DNA of 64,000 nt from Trichinella spiralis (taxonomy: Eukaryota). Where the stretch lies: NCBI RefSeq assembly GCF_000181795.1, contig NW_003526943.1, forward strand, positions 11,274,007-11,338,006, in the 5' to 3' direction. Positions 14,001 to 29,200 of this stretch are shown here, piece by piece. The notes below the pieces were generated by a model, which saw nothing but the letters and a program-made list of their open reading frames with translations, was not told the DNA's origin and searched no databases. How positions within the stretch are numbered: the stretch's first letter is position 1; every line of letters starts with the position of its first letter. A program made the translations under genes and the position numbers.

Positions 14001-14469
14001 ACAATCGGAGTGCCTGAAGAAGCTCGTGGAAAAATCCTCTCTGAAAGTCAGCGATTAGAAAAGGAAATTGAATCTCGTTTAGCAAAGGCCGGCCTTGATC
14101 CAGGAAGTGAATACAGTTACTCTTTATGAATATGAATTTACATTAAGTGAATTATGTAATATACGTGTGTTTTTAGCTAGGAAGATCAAAATTAAGCTTA
14201 TTACACCACACGAAGACGGTAGTGAATTTAGCATGTTTTCCAATGCCGATGCTGGTCTCATTGCAAACATGCTTTCGACGATGATTGGTACCACTCAGCA
14301 ACAAGCTGTTCAGGAACGTCGTTTTCGTCAGATGGAAAATAATTACAATGTTCGCTTTGATGAAGAAGATAATGCTGATTTAATGTCAAATAAAAATAAA
14401 AAACCGACATTTGAAAAAGAGAAACAAGAAAAAGTTCCTCAGTATGCATCTGCTGCCATTGGTGATTAA
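11051..14469 (+). CDS. OS9: Protein OS-9-like ER lectin (MRH/PRKCSH domain), ER-associated degradation
   Basis: Hydrophobic signal peptide. Spliced exons give CLGK/TVGWWTYEFCYGKYVRQYHTE...YHSQIFTNGTICDLNNEFRQSEIRFFC...VDEPVSCQYVFNVHISTLC, the MRH signature, followed by acidic C-terminal exons (~12343-12670, ~13641-14107, ~14178-14469). Some internal exon limits are approximate. Confidence 0.88.
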
Positions 14470-17400
14470 AGTTTGCTTTATCGCTGAACTTTAATAACAT
14501 TGGAAATAAATCTGCTCAACTGAAATGAAAAAAATGTTTAAAAAACAGTTAATTATTTTTATTGCTTTTTGATTTTTTATTATAATTTAAACAGTGATAA
14601 ATTGCGCGACATTTATGTGCACTCTTGATTTACGTGCGATTTCATAATTGTATAATTATAAAATGTAGCTCGTTTATTTTAGTAGCAAGAGTGAAAATGA
14701 TAATAACTTAATAGGGCAATTGAATTGTGGTCATTTTGTTGGCTCATTCATTTTTTACTTTATCTTGAGATTGAGAAATGACAATATTTGAAATATTCAT
14801 GCATTCATGTCGTCTAACAGATTTTGAAAAGACCAGCTTGCCTATTAGCTACAGCGAATAATTATTTTAATGTTTTGTTGCACTGTTTATCCAGGTTATG
14901 GAATATTGTAACAATCCTTTGTGGTTATTTAGTAAGTTTTTATTATTTAATTTAATTTTCCTTTATTTGTCAGTTATAAAGTTATCCTATAATTGCAACT
15001 GATCTCGCTTTATTCGTAAAAATTATCGAATTTTATTTTAAAATTTAAATTTCAACTTCAATCCTATAGCAATTTCTGTAGTATTCAATAATAATATTTT
15101 CCCTTTTAATAACGCGACATTTTAGATGAAACTTATTATTTGTTTTGATAATTTTCGTGCAAATTTTCATAATTTGTTTTTTCTGTTCAAAATTCTTTAA
15201 AAATAGAAAAAAATGCAATTCAAAATGTGAAATGCCATTTTTCATTACATCATCAGCATTGTTTATTAATAATTTTTTGAAAACTATTGAAAATTTAATT
15301 ATAAATAGAAACTTTTTGAAATTATTATTTATTTATCGATAGCGCCACTAATATTTGAATAATATCGTATATTATACAGATTTCAGTAGAGAAACAAAGG
15401 TGGAATGTTTTGATAGCATGATTCATTTAAATTGTATTAAAATTATTAATTACATTCCAGTTGCAAAAATATTTTAAATCAATATATTATAGACATTTTA
15501 AATAAGTAAATGTTTAAAATTATTTTCATTTTCTACAGCATTATTATTGATAATTTATTGATTGCTTGAAGCAGTATTATCTTTTGTAAATCAAATTATT
15601 CCTCAAATAAGATTACAATGAAATGAATATTTTTAGAAAAATTTTAATAACACGTGTTATTTTATTTATTATTGCTGTAATGAATGTTTTACTGTAATTG
15701 TTGTGCAAACTGAAGTTTTGTTAAATAACTTTGATACCGTAGAGCTTCTGGATGAATGAGCTTTTGAATGTATTGTCCATTTTTGAAATTATACTTAAAA
15801 AAGTAATAAAGATTCTTAAATTATTACAGTTATTATTATTAAGTTCAAGAAATGAATTTTATAAACACTACATTGTAGCGGATTTGCAATGAAAATATTT
15901 TGAAAATTATATGCATATATAGTTTTTAAATTTACCTTGATGTTCAGTCAAAATATGTTAAATTTATTGCAAACAATTTTATATCTGTTGAACGTTAGCA
16001 AATTTTGTTCTCATTTTTTAATGCAAATTTCGTATTCAAATATTTCAGCAGTTTATAATTTTGGTGTCATTATTATTGTTAAATCTTTTGCGATGACAAA
16101 AATATTGTCCAAAGATATGTCACAAATCTGGAAGTATTATACCAAGAAAGTGAAAATAAAATTTAAAATTATTTTTCAGATTTATTAATGGAAAATGTTA
16201 ATTGGTCAGAATATTCAATATCATGGTAAGGTGATTGAATTTTTGCTTGCTGCTTTTCAACTCTAAAAGCTGTCGAAAGTCAGTTAGCATTATTGAATTT
16301 TTTTTAAGTTAAGTTGCTTTCAAATAAAGTTCAACTTGTTCCATTTTAATTAATTCGAAGTTTATTATAATTTTTTTAATAGAAAGTGATAAAATTAATG
16401 ATAATGTAAAATAATAATAAATTTTTGTAAAATCATTTAATAAAGCTCCAATAAGCATTGCGTAGTTGTATAATGTGTGTGTGTGTTTGTTTGTGAATGC
16501 GGTTTTTCAATTAGCTGCAGTTGAACTACTGCTGCCGATGCTATCTGAATGGCACGGTTGTCTTTATTCTGTGTCACATTGAATAGAGGTGGTTTCAAAT
16601 TGTGCATTACATTAGTCTTTCTTATGCCATCTTGCTAACAAATATTTCTTGTCCACCACAAAATGCCAATGAATATCATCAAGGTGAATTTTTATTCTAT
16701 TATGAATAAACATGCGTATTTATTTATTTATTTATACTTTGTAATGAAAATGTTTCAATTTTTGCATGTAAATAAATGGAAATTCATTTTAATATTAATA
16801 ATTTGATTATTAATTTTTTTTTAAAATAAACACAGTATTTACTTTTGCGACACTAGTTTATCACAGTTACTGGTTAGTTAGCTAACTGAGTTAAAACTGG
16901 CTTTATGGGAATTTGAATTTGTTAAAGCATTTCTTTTTGTTCAGTGATGTTGAAGTTGAATAGAAGTAGTTTGGTGTATATATTCATGTTGCAGTTAATT
17001 ATTTGTAATACTAAGCGGATGCTTTTTCTATCGCTTACGTGGACAGTGCTAATGTGCGATGTTTCAGTGAGATTGACAAAGAGCAGCATAGTAAACGAAA
17101 AATATGAACGAATTTGAAACTTCTACCTTCTTCACGTTACGTTGTACTACTACTACTAATAATGTTCAACAAAAGCTGAAGGTAAGCATCATTGATGTTC
17201 ATTGTAAGCTATTGTTGAGGAATGTAAATAAATTTCAATGAAAACAAACGTAAAATATGATAATTTATTTCAATTATATTCTGTCGATGATGGGATTTCT
17301 TGTGAACTGAGCAAGTCACTCAAGTACAATTGTAATGTCGTCATTTTTGACAAATTTCATCAACAAGCAGACGCGATTGCTCCATTTTGTACTTTCATCT

Positions 17401-20267
17401 GTCATTTTCTATTTTTAAATGATTCTTATAAATGAAGTCACCTCTTTTCTCATGAAACAGCTTGAAAGCTTTTGCTTCTTTGCTCTGCGTCAACTGTTTG
17501 TACAATGACAACAAGACGGCTAACGAAAAATTACAGTAATCTATCTATCTACTCTTCGCCCGTTCTCTTCAAGCAAAATTTCCCAAACGACAACTTTAAA
17601 TAATTGTTGATAAAAAATAATTTTTTTTTTCTGTTTATGATTGATTTATTTCATTTTTAATAGGTAACGTTTGTGAAAATCCAGTGTAAAATTCAATTAA
17701 TTAGCTGCTCTATTTTCATTCAAGCTCATATTTGACTAATTGTTTTAATTGCTTTAATTTTTGATTCGAACACACACAATTTTGTTTAAACATCAAAAGT
17801 AAAAAAATAATAAAACATCAAAAATTTGAATGATGTTATAATGACAAATAGAAATTATCTTTTTAATGTTTGCACTTAACATTTTGTTGAATTTATCATT
17901 TTTTTTGAGGAATAATATTCAAATTAGTACAATTTATGTCATTGCAAAAGCTTGTTTAGTTTGATTTTTTATCTCAGCAACAAAACACGGTGTATTTTGT
18001 TAATATTTTTTGAAATTATTATTTCAAATATAGCAATAGACATTCAGTATCTTCGAATAATAAAACCTTTCCGTCTATGCATAAAAAATATCCTGGATAA
18101 TAAAATAGAAATTTTAAAAATCAAATTCAAAATTAAACTGCTTGTGGCGGAAATATTATAATGCTCTTCTCACTGAAACTTTTTGTGCAACAAGAATATT
18201 AATAATTGGAATTCTGGTACTTTTTGACAAAATTAATCCTTCAATTTCCAAACAGTTTATTACTACTACACGAAGTATTTGTAACGTTATGTTACGTTCT
18301 GATAATTTTATATGGTCTATTTTGCTTTTTCTTGTTTCTTTTTTTTTTAAATATATTTCTCTTGGAATGAATATCATCGGTAAAGTTGGAAGCTTTGAAA
18401 TAGCTTCAGCATTTTTCGATCGTTTAATGATTCAGCAAGTGAAGTTGCATTTGCTTCACAAATTGTCTCAAATTTCATCATTTTATTTTCTTTGCTAACT
18501 GCTCAAGTAAACACATAAAAACATGCCGGCAATGCTTTTTCGTTTTTTGTTTTATTTAATTGCTAAACATTACTTTTGCTTATTTTTTGTTGTTCACTTT
18601 TTTCCCTCCCCTTTATTTCAATCCAACCAGTGAGTGATTTTATTTCTGAGCTTCTGCTTCTTGATGTTCTCAGTTGAATGTGCAAGAAGTGAATGAATGA
18701 AACCGGAGCAAAGACTTTATAAAAGGCCACTTTAAAGTTCGAACGTTGTTGCCCAACGAACTGCTTTTCAGCATCTTTCAACAAAATACTGTAATGCTTG
18801 AATTGAATTTTTGCCCTTGAAAAGTTTGCAAATTATTTCAATCGTCATCAATTTTCATTCAAATATTTCACATTGTGGAATATAATTTATTCAATTTGTA
18901 AGTTAAATTATTTTATACAACTTCAACTTCTCAACAAATTTCCATTAAAAGTGCATAATTGCAACTCTTTGTTCTACAATTCACTTGAAGTATTTTTTAA
19001 TAAAAGACGAGGAATTTTCACTTCTTTTAACTTACTTGATAAATATATTATTTATTTGTTTGTTTTGTATATTTTAAACAACGTATTTACTACATTTTTT
19101 AATTCAAATTCATGCAGCCGGAAGGAAGTAACTGGATCAATTGACTCTTTATTCAAGGCGGCCGAGGCAACGGCGGTGCAACCATCGTTTGCAGTAGAAT
19201 TAAAAGACACGACCTGTTCTTCTTCTATTTTATATAAAGTCACCTTGTGCTCGTGCATTTGCACCATATATGTATATATATGTGTGGACTGACTGGTAGC
19301 ATTCAACCAAATAATCCCACCACTTGAGGAGCATATAATTTGAAAGAGTGGATGGAATTGAGCCATTGATTTGGTGAACCATTGTCATCGAAGTTGGATT
19401 TGTTTTACTCAGTCACCATTGCAGGCTTGGATTTCTCGCAGCTGTTTGAACTTCAACTGGCCCGTCAATTGAATCTCTGAGCTAGCTAACTAACTAACTG
19501 ACCAGCTAACTAGCTAGCTGGCTTTTGACTTTCTGTCAAAGCTTTTTTCTAAACTTGATTGTTGCTCCTGGTTCTTTTCAGATTTTTCCAGAGGGTGTAG
19601 TGGAACCGTGTAAGAACCGTTTACCTGGTCAATCTAGCATATAATTGATTGTGCTTTATTGTTCAGCTGAGATTTACGAGGCCGATTGTCGTCGGCACTA
19701 CTGGGTCAACTGTCGCCGGCGGTGCTTCGACCAGTGTCAATAAAAGCAGTCCTTTAGCGTAGCCATTGACCGGTCGAATGGAGGTAGCCCGTTTTTGCCT
19801 AGTCCAACAGAAAAAAATAATAATAAAAAAAGAAAGAGAGGGAAAATATTGGCTTGGATCGCGTTCTCTTTTGTAACTGTGCATGTCTGTGCATGTCCGA
19901 GGAAAAATATACCAAACTGCCTCTGATCATGCATGTCGTCACTGCTACTGCTACTGCTACTCAGTGCTGCTTTTGCTTTTCTTTTGAACCCCTTTTTATT
20001 CTTCATCAAATTATTAATGCTTTTCTGAGTTGATGATTTATACTCACAGATGTGCAACAAAATAGATGACTAACCTGAAAAACACACAACTTTCGCATTT
20101 TTTGTTGTTGTTGTTGTTGTTATTCTCTTCTTAGAGTTTTGCTTATTTTTTAATTTATGCAAATTTATGTATGTTTCTTGTTTAAGTCAACACAAGATTG
20201 CTTCGCTACGTTGATAAATCCAAAGGCGAGTTTGCTGTTCGAAACAACAACAACAGCACAACTAATC

Positions 20268-23200
20268 ATGGATAATCCACCGAACCATGCTGAACCATCG
20301 ACGATTCACAACCTAGCAGCGGAAGATTCGACCATAAATATCCGGACAAATTGTTTGCACTGCTTCAAACCACTCGGAAGTGACGTCAAAAACGATATTC
20401 GGTCACTTTGTGAAAAATGCGCTTCTCATGAGACAAAACAACCACCACGTCAACAGCTTACTAACAACTCGAGCAAAGGTGAGCAAAAGCAATTGGCATT
20501 TCTATTATTTATGCATGCATTGCATGCTAATCGACTTTTTTTCACTCTACCCTACCAAAAATTATAAATAAACACTGACGAAACATCAGTAGACAACATT
20601 TATCGGTTTTGTGACATCTGCATGTGTTTAAAGTTATTTTTTTTATTTTCATAAAAACTGCTATTTATAAATTTATTAACATTTGGCTTTGTATCATATT
20701 TTCCCAGTTGTTGTTCAAAGAGAACTTTTCAACTGAACCGATAAAGTTTCTTCTTCATTTTAACGAATAGTTGTTTTAAAATTCTTTTAAAAATTAATAT
20801 TTTTTATTTTCTTTTCTTTTTCTCCAATATAAATTATCAATTATGATTTGACAAATTTTTCCAAATGTATTTCTTCATTTCAGATTTAATAATATGAAAA
20901 AGATTTTGATTTTGCAACGAAATATTATTCCATAATTTAAAACAATACACACACTCTCTTTCTGGTCTTATTTATTCTTTTATTCGTATATTATGGTTTA
21001 AATTTGCATTTATACTTTTCTGTAGAATTGGAACTTTTGTTTCCAAAAAGAGAAAAAGAATTAATTCAGCAAGTTGTTGTTATTCGTTTAAAGTGTAACT
21101 GAAGTTGGATGTTAATTGAATGATTGAATTAAAGATGTAACTCTTATAACTATACTTGTCTGATTAACTAGCATATGCCGTTGAATTATAAAAAACAGTA
21201 TTGTTTTTCCACTTGAACTGCGTAATTAATGATAGAGAAAAAGTTTTGTTTATTCGTATTCAATTTTTTTCACCTTATTCATTTCGACCATCCTTATGTT
21301 ATAATAAAATAAAACGATAGATATATTTGTTTCTATTTCGGCAATATAAAAGTTTAATTGTATTTATTTTTAATGATTCATTTTAATTTTGCAATGTTTA
21401 ATATCTCTTTTTTTTATTGCTTAATTATTTTTCTTCAATTTGAAACATTTTATTTTGTTATTTCCTATGTTAATATTTCTTTTAAGTATTGAACTTTTTG
21501 TAATTGGATTTGATGAAGAGCAGTAAAATATAAATGCAGCATATATTGCAGTGTTTATATCATTGACTGAAAAATAAAAATATGTACAAAAAGTTTATGG
21601 ATCTAATTCTGTAATTCTCATGTATATGATAAATGCATTTTAGAGGAAAGTGCTTTTTGAAATAAATAAATCAGCTTTAAATGTTGATATTGCTTGAAGA
21701 ATCAATCATTTGCTGTATTCAAAGTTGTAATATTTGCAAATGATTTATTTATCTGTATTTATTTGGAACATATTTTATAAAGTGTTGTTCTTGGTATTTT
21801 AAAAATTCTCTGAAAAAATTATTAATATATGATTTTTTGCTACAAACAGGTAGGACACTGCAAAGCAGTTCATTCATAGGCAGTCCGCATTGTTTGCAAA
21901 TATGTTTTTGTACTTTCAAATTCTCCAATGCACCAGCATAAATGATCATTTCAATAGTCTGTATTAAATATAAATGCTTAAACAATGTAGCGTTTTATTT
22001 AAAAAAAAATTTGTTGCTTTGGCCATGAATTTTATTCATAGTGCATGTCAATTTGAACTATCCTTCATGCTTATTGGTTAATTTGGTCTCTTCTTAACTT
22101 TTTGATCATTTCGCATTGCTTTCAATATTGCATTTTTCAATGCTAATCTTTTGGTCAGTATTTCTGCTATCAAATATCATGGGAGTGATCTGTTGGAAAA
22201 CTTTTTTCTCTACAAACCCATTTTCGGGCACTTGATTTGAAAAATTCATCTTCCAATAATAAGTCCTGGGGATTTTTTACGGTTAATACATATACATATG
22301 TCTGAAAATAATTTAAATATGTAAACATTTGTTGTATTTATTAACTTGAACTTTTGTCATAAATAGAGCCAGCAATGATATAGTTGGAAATTGATTTCGA
22401 ATCTACAAATTTAAGCTAAATTGATTCAAATTCTGTTTGCATTCCGCAATGACACATGCCACGCAACGCTGACTAACAACATTTTGTACAAATAATCAGT
22501 TATATAATGTGGAAATGCAGTGTCTTTTTTTGATCTATAACCATCAAAAAATTAAAAGCCCTTCTTTTATATTATCTGCATGTAACGCTTTGTAATACTT
22601 TACAAATCAAATTTTGCCGAGGTAAATTAATTTAGTTTCATTCTGATTAGCATTAATTCAATTTCAAAATTTAATTTGTTGCTCTCATCATTATAAAATA
22701 AGTCTTAAGTTAAGTTGCATTTGTTTTTTTCTAAATTCCAAAATAAAATCTGTTTCTGCATTTTTCCATAAAGCATACTTTGTCAAATTATGTAGTTGTT
22801 GAATATGTACTCGTATTACAGTACATTTATTCGACTGTTTTGAAAAAGTTATCTCTTTTATTTTATATATATAGTTTTAGAGTTGTTCACATTAAAATAG
22901 TTTACGCAGAGATTTTTGGAAAACTGTATTATTACTTTATGTTGAAATACAATAAATGTATGTCTTAATGAATAAATATTTTTTAGATTTATAGTTTTTG
23001 AAATGTTTCGCATAGCGTAGTGCTTTTATTTGCCGTGATTCATGTAAACTGTAAAAATAAAGAGTGTAAACTAGAAAAATCACTGAAATTGTTTAGGTCT
23101 GCTTTTTCTGTCATTTTTAAAATGGCTTACTCTGTATGATACATCGAACAGCTCAGTTCTGATGATGTGCATAGCTGGCAGGAATAAGCAAAGATGGAAT

Positions 23201-26200
23201 GTTTGTTGTTAGCATGATTGATTGGCTTGTCGTGTGCTTTCTGGATTTTAAATCATTGCACACACTGTTGTCATTGATGAACATTTTTCTATTTTCACTA
23301 ATTTCTGATTTATTTGAATTCATTGTGCCATTTGTTTTGCCACTCATGATTATAAAAATTATTCAACACGCAATAGGCATTCTCCGACGGAACATTTTAT
23401 TTATGTTCTTCATTTATCTACAAGCTTTAAACTATTCAGTATTTAAACTGTGGTAAATTTTTATGCGCCATTATTTGTTGAGCTTAACTTCTTTCTTGTT
23501 TTGTGACAGTAATTTCATTAATGAAAATTTTTTGAGTTAAATTTAAAGATGACAAATTTTCTTAACGCATGCTATAATATTATACATTTAATATACTTTA
23601 AACGGATTTTTTCATAATTGTAAACATCCATGTATTTTCACTTCTATATGATGCATATACTTAATTATACACGCTTGTAAATGCAGTTTTTCAAACGAAC
23701 GTTTGGTTTCGAAATAAATACATATAATTTATCTTTTGATCAATGAATCCTTGGATAATATTTAATTGAACAGAGTAGTTATGCAGTTGAGGTTTTGAAA
23801 ATATTTTACCAATTATTTCAGCTGTTAAAATTTGCTTATAATTTTCATTTAAAATATTGCACATTTCAGAAAGAAATAGAAATAACTTAAATTAGTTGAT
23901 GATAATTAGCGTATGGTAAAATAGAACTGAAATCACATCGTATCATTGAATGATAAGTTTCAATTGTTTTTAAGAGAAGATTTGCAATGGAAATTGTACT
24001 CTCACCATAGTTCACCAAAATTTATTTCTATCAGGCGTTTATATTGATTTGATTTTTCGTTTAATGGCAAAGTAAACATTCCAAAATGTTCCAAAGATAA
24101 AAGCAGTTTTTCATTTAACAAACTTATGTAAAACTTCTTTACATTATCAGCAGTTAAATAATCTTTATTATTACCATTATTTTTAATAAACTTATCAGGA
24201 TTATGATGGAAAATGTGAGTTTTTTTAGTGTAAATTTATTATTCATATTTGTTTCAACTGCAGTGCATAATAATGAAAATGTTATGCTTCAGAAAATTTT
24301 GAATATTTACAACGATTATTTTAAAAATTTAATATAAGATTTCAAATTATTTTGATAATTTTGTTTTACCTCACTTTTTAACAAGTGTTACGGTAATGAG
24401 AAATTACTGTAAATGCGCCGCTATATTTGTTAATTTTAAACTCGAACCCTGAGTGCCAGAAAATGTTCAAATTTGAAAATATTGATAGTAGAAATGATAA
24501 ATGTGATAGAAAAGTACAAATGTAAAATGAAATGAAATAAATGTAAAGCAGCTCAAGCGAAATGAAGTGATCATTCAGTAGAAATATTTGAACTGAAATC
24601 AGCTAACAAAATAGCTTGCCAGCTAGCTATATGATATTTTAACGTTTATTATTGACTTTCATAGTGGGACTGAGAAATTCTTTCCACCATTTTCACCATC
24701 AGAAAGGCAATCAGATGCTGGTTGATAATGCAACATATTGATTCGAATTATCGTTGTAAAATCTTTCTTAAAATGTTTCAATCATGTGCGTGAACTGTCT
24801 ATAAAGCGCGCATTATTTTGCATAGATAAATCACCAATTTCCAATTATAAATGTAAATTTGAATATCAAATACTTACATGGAATGGTTTTATTTTATCAG
24901 TTTATTTGTGAATAAGGAAAACTGGAGAAACAATATTGTCATGTAAAGCTTGAGTTCTTTCTTTTTTTGAACCATCTTATTTTTATGTTTAAGAATAAAT
25001 AATAACTGTTCATTTCACTGTTGCAAATGAGAATGTTGAAATTTGCTGAATTTTATTTACAACAAAAATTTTCAACTGTAAAAAAATAGAAATTATTTAT
25101 ATTGTAATATATATAATGTTGATGTAAGAGTTCATGTATAAAGTGATGCTATTTGTTTGTTTTCATGTTGATAAGAATATAAATAATTTGGATTTAAATT
25201 AAATTTGCAAATTTGATTGTGCATATTTTTTTCAAGTAAACCTTTTCTCAGGTGCCAGTACTTTGAGGCGGATGAAACTTTGGGATAGAATGTTCAAATC
25301 ATCACGCGAGTTTGAAAAAAAAGGTGGAGAAAGCAAATGCAATCACATTCAAGATGAAAAGCCCGGATTTTCTTATTTTGGCTTTTACGGAAGTATTCGT
25401 CGCCGAGTAAATGGAAAAAATGGAAATGCTAATCACAAAAAAGGAGATACACGAATTCCAAGCACGTTGGAAATTTTGGAGGAGCAACAAAAACGTTTAG
25501 CTGCCATTGCTGCTACTCCACGTATGACTAGAGCTTTAAATAGTAAGTTTTTTTTTCTTTTAATTGTTTTCAATTATTTTAAAATTTTGTTAAAAATTAA
25601 TATTAATACAATTAGCAAAAGAGCAGTGTTTGTGGTGATTATGTATTTTTTGGGTGTTGAATCAGTGAAAAATAATTAATAATTTTGTTTTAATTTGAAT
25701 ATTTTATCATTTGCGAAACAACCGCTTTATCTCAGTATATTTAGGTTTGTTTGATAAATATTCAAATATGAAACTCGCGTTAAGAGTTGTTATGTTATGA
25801 CATGTTTAATCATTATTTATATTATTATTGGATACATTTTGCATTCTTTTTTTTCTTTAAAATGTTTATTATTAAATTGTAAGGTTTGTTTATGTAAAAA
25901 TTTAATTACATTTTTTAAAAAGGGCGAATAGTTTTTAAACTTTTGATTATATTTAAGCAGTGCAATAATTTTTAGCTTTCGTACTTTTCGGATCTATTTT
26001 CCACATCAACAGTTTTAGTGGTGAAATTATTTTTTGCTTGAATTTTACTGAAACTTAATCGGCAGGGGTCTTAAATTTCAGTAAGAGTCAAAATGAACCG
26101 AAAAGTCTATTAGAGAGCAGTGATGGGTTTCGGAAAAGCTGCTTGAGGCTTGATTGATTGAGAATGCTGAACGCAGATTTTGCGTTATACATTTTCCGTA

Positions 26201-29200
26201 GTTCACATTAAAACACCACAATTGCATTATTAATTTATTATTTTTCACTTATTTAAATTTCTTTTACAACATGCGTTTAATGTAAAATGGCATTACTTAT
26301 TATTTTGCATGTTGTGTAAATATAAGCTTTAAAATTGGAACAGGCGATTCAGTTAATTTCAGGGAATTAAAGTTCAGATTTTTTGTGAATTAAATTTCTA
26401 ATAGATAAATGAAACGATTGCGTAATTTAATTATATTTAAACGTCTCGATGGTGTTTTCTTTTTTATAATAATAAAAGGTAAAGTTGATTTTCACATACA
26501 CAGAGGAAATATTCCATAAAAACGTGTAAAAGTAAATATTTATTCTGAGATTCTCACTAATTTTAGGTCCACTTTATATATATATGCATTTTTTTTTCAT
26601 CGTTAGCATAAAGTTTGTTTGCATAAAGTTGATGATGCATTGTACTTTTGAAGAGTTCATATCTTTCGATTTCCAATTACTGCCAAAAATGGTCTGTTGG
26701 TTTCTTGTTGTAGCTTAAATTAAACTTAGTTGATGTTCAATATAATCGACATGTTTGAGTTACTTATCCAATTGGAAAAGGTTTACTTTTTTTCTATATG
26801 AGCAGATATAACTTCGAAATCAGCTTTCATTGTGGTGTTGCAGAATTTTACTCTAGCATATAGTTGATTGGCACAATGGTAAATTTACTTCTTCACTAAG
26901 CAAGCATTTGGTGCATACTTTTAAATACTGGCTGGCATTTGAAAATAGCTTGCATGTTGTCAGCAATCAGAGAAACTTTTGCATTTTCATTATTGTGGAG
27001 CCGATTTTTACAACTTTTCGGTAATTATATATTTATATCAGTTTTCGTGTTGGTGATGAACATGACTTGAGCATTTTTTCAAATTTAATATAACAACTCA
27101 TGAAAAACAGTAAATAGAATTTGTGTTTCGAAAAGGTTAAGTTTTTTTTAGCTGAACGGCTAATGCTTTGAATTTGAAAGTTGCACGGTATTGTCTTTTT
27201 GATGTCAACATTGGGTTGTCGTTTAAAAGTTTGCTTTTATTCTCGTTGTTCAATTCAAACAATTAGTAATTAAAAAATTTTTGATCAATTTCAATTTATA
27301 ATAAAGCAAAAAAGCATAATTTGCTGAAATGAGAGTAATTATTCTTGCAGAATTTGAAGTTTTTTCGAATGTCGGAAGTTGAATACCATTTCAAAATTTA
27401 TTTATTTATTTAACCAACAATGATGATTATGCTAGCAATTGAAACTTCGATAAAAACAAAATTAATTCTATATGTCTCAACTTTTTTGAGTTTCTTGAAC
27501 GAAATTTTTGAAAAAATAATTTCTTAGTTGATAATCATCGTACAATATTAATTATTGTAATATAGGAAAGAAACATTTGTTAATTTTACAATGAATTCAT
27601 TAAAAAATAAAAATGTTTATACAAAAAATTAAAAAGAAATAGTTTTGAAATGAACAGAAATGTAAATATAATAATTTATGTAGCTATATGTATATCAATG
27701 AAAGTAAATTTTGAAAATTTTTTCTCTTCTCGTTTATTTACCTATTTTCTCTTGTAAATGTTTAAATTTATTTATTCATTCATTTGATAATAATAATAAT
27801 ATTTGCTCACATTAAAGATAAATGAAATGTTTTTATAGTTGATAAATTTACATGTTATTTTACATAAAAGAGATGAACAATGAAACAAGGGCGGATGTTT
27901 GACAAGCATTGTATGCGTTTGGAAAGTAACATTTTATCAAAGAATTGCATTTAACAGATTTTTGAATAATTAAAGTATGAAATTTGAGAAATAAAAATTT
28001 CTTTATTTATAAAACGGGAAATAAACGTTTGGATTCCATTTTATTATTATAAAGTGAACAAGTAAAATGTGTTGAAATTGATAGAATAATATAAGAGTAA
28101 TAAAATTGAAATTTGAATGTGAAAATGTTAAATAAGAATTGATGCTTAGTAATGGAATAATGAATTTAATAAAGAAGAAAGTTGCAGTTTTAGAATTTTG
28201 GAAAATTTTTAATCGTTGGCAAAATATTGATTGATGATGTCGATTGATTTTACTTTAAAAGTATTGTTCAATTCTTTCTGTTTACTCCAGTCCAGTCGGC
28301 TAGTTCACACACACACAGTGTTGCTAAGCTTTTTGCAAAATTTCAAATTTGCTTGCTGAAGTTGTTAAATCAGCTTAAATTTGGTTTTCGGCAAGATTAA
28401 AAATCTTTGTCAGTTCTACCTACGTTCTTCTAGTTTTCTAGTAGGCAAGTTTTGGTTCTATTTTAAGCTTAAATTGCAATTTACTATTTTCAGCACTCAG
28501 GGAAGCCAACTCTCACTTTTATATAGAGCAACATGCAAAACACAATACATAACTTTGGAGAATTGTTGTAAAATGCTTCAATTACTGTTCATCCGAAGTG
28601 GATAAATATAAATTTAATTTTTGCTAATCCCATCCAGATGCTGTTCGTACTGTTGTTACGGGTGTACAAGATACAACGGCAGATGCATTTGGTGTAAAGC
28701 CAACGCCTGTTCGACCTGCGGATGACAATACACAGTCAGGTGTCAATGTTTCGTTGCCAATTGTCCAGCAGAGAACCGAGACCAACGGGAACAATGACGA
28801 CACGCTGGCGACTAGTAACGTTTGTTCACCGCAGCTCAGCAAACACTGCACAAAAGCCAAAGTTACCACCGCTTGTCAACTGGCCACCGTATCCGAAGCC
28901 GCAGAACTACCAATCACCATTAACCCTACCCATCAACTGCCGGACGTTCACTGTTCCTCTACAGTCAACTGTACATGTGAGAATATTTTGCATTTTCTTT
29001 TTTCTTTGAATTTATTTATAATGCAAACTTGTTTACAAAATTTAAGCTACACTTGGCATTTTTAAGATTAATTTTTGCAACATTTCTACACAGTGCATTC
29101 TTGTTCCACGCAAATTCTTCGTTCATTCTTATCTTATTTGATTTGACTATCTCTCTCTCTTTTATTATTCTTGTTCTTTTCTGCTCATTCATCGTAGTCT

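Noticed and set aside
16170..17185. Exon-like segments with splice signals between OS-9 and TANC
   Set aside because: The frames I checked hit stops quickly; at most non-coding exons, which cannot be supported from sequence alone.
18563..19366. Minus-strand ORFs of 73 and 104 aa
   Set aside because: They cannot be spliced into a coherent protein and show no recognisable motif.
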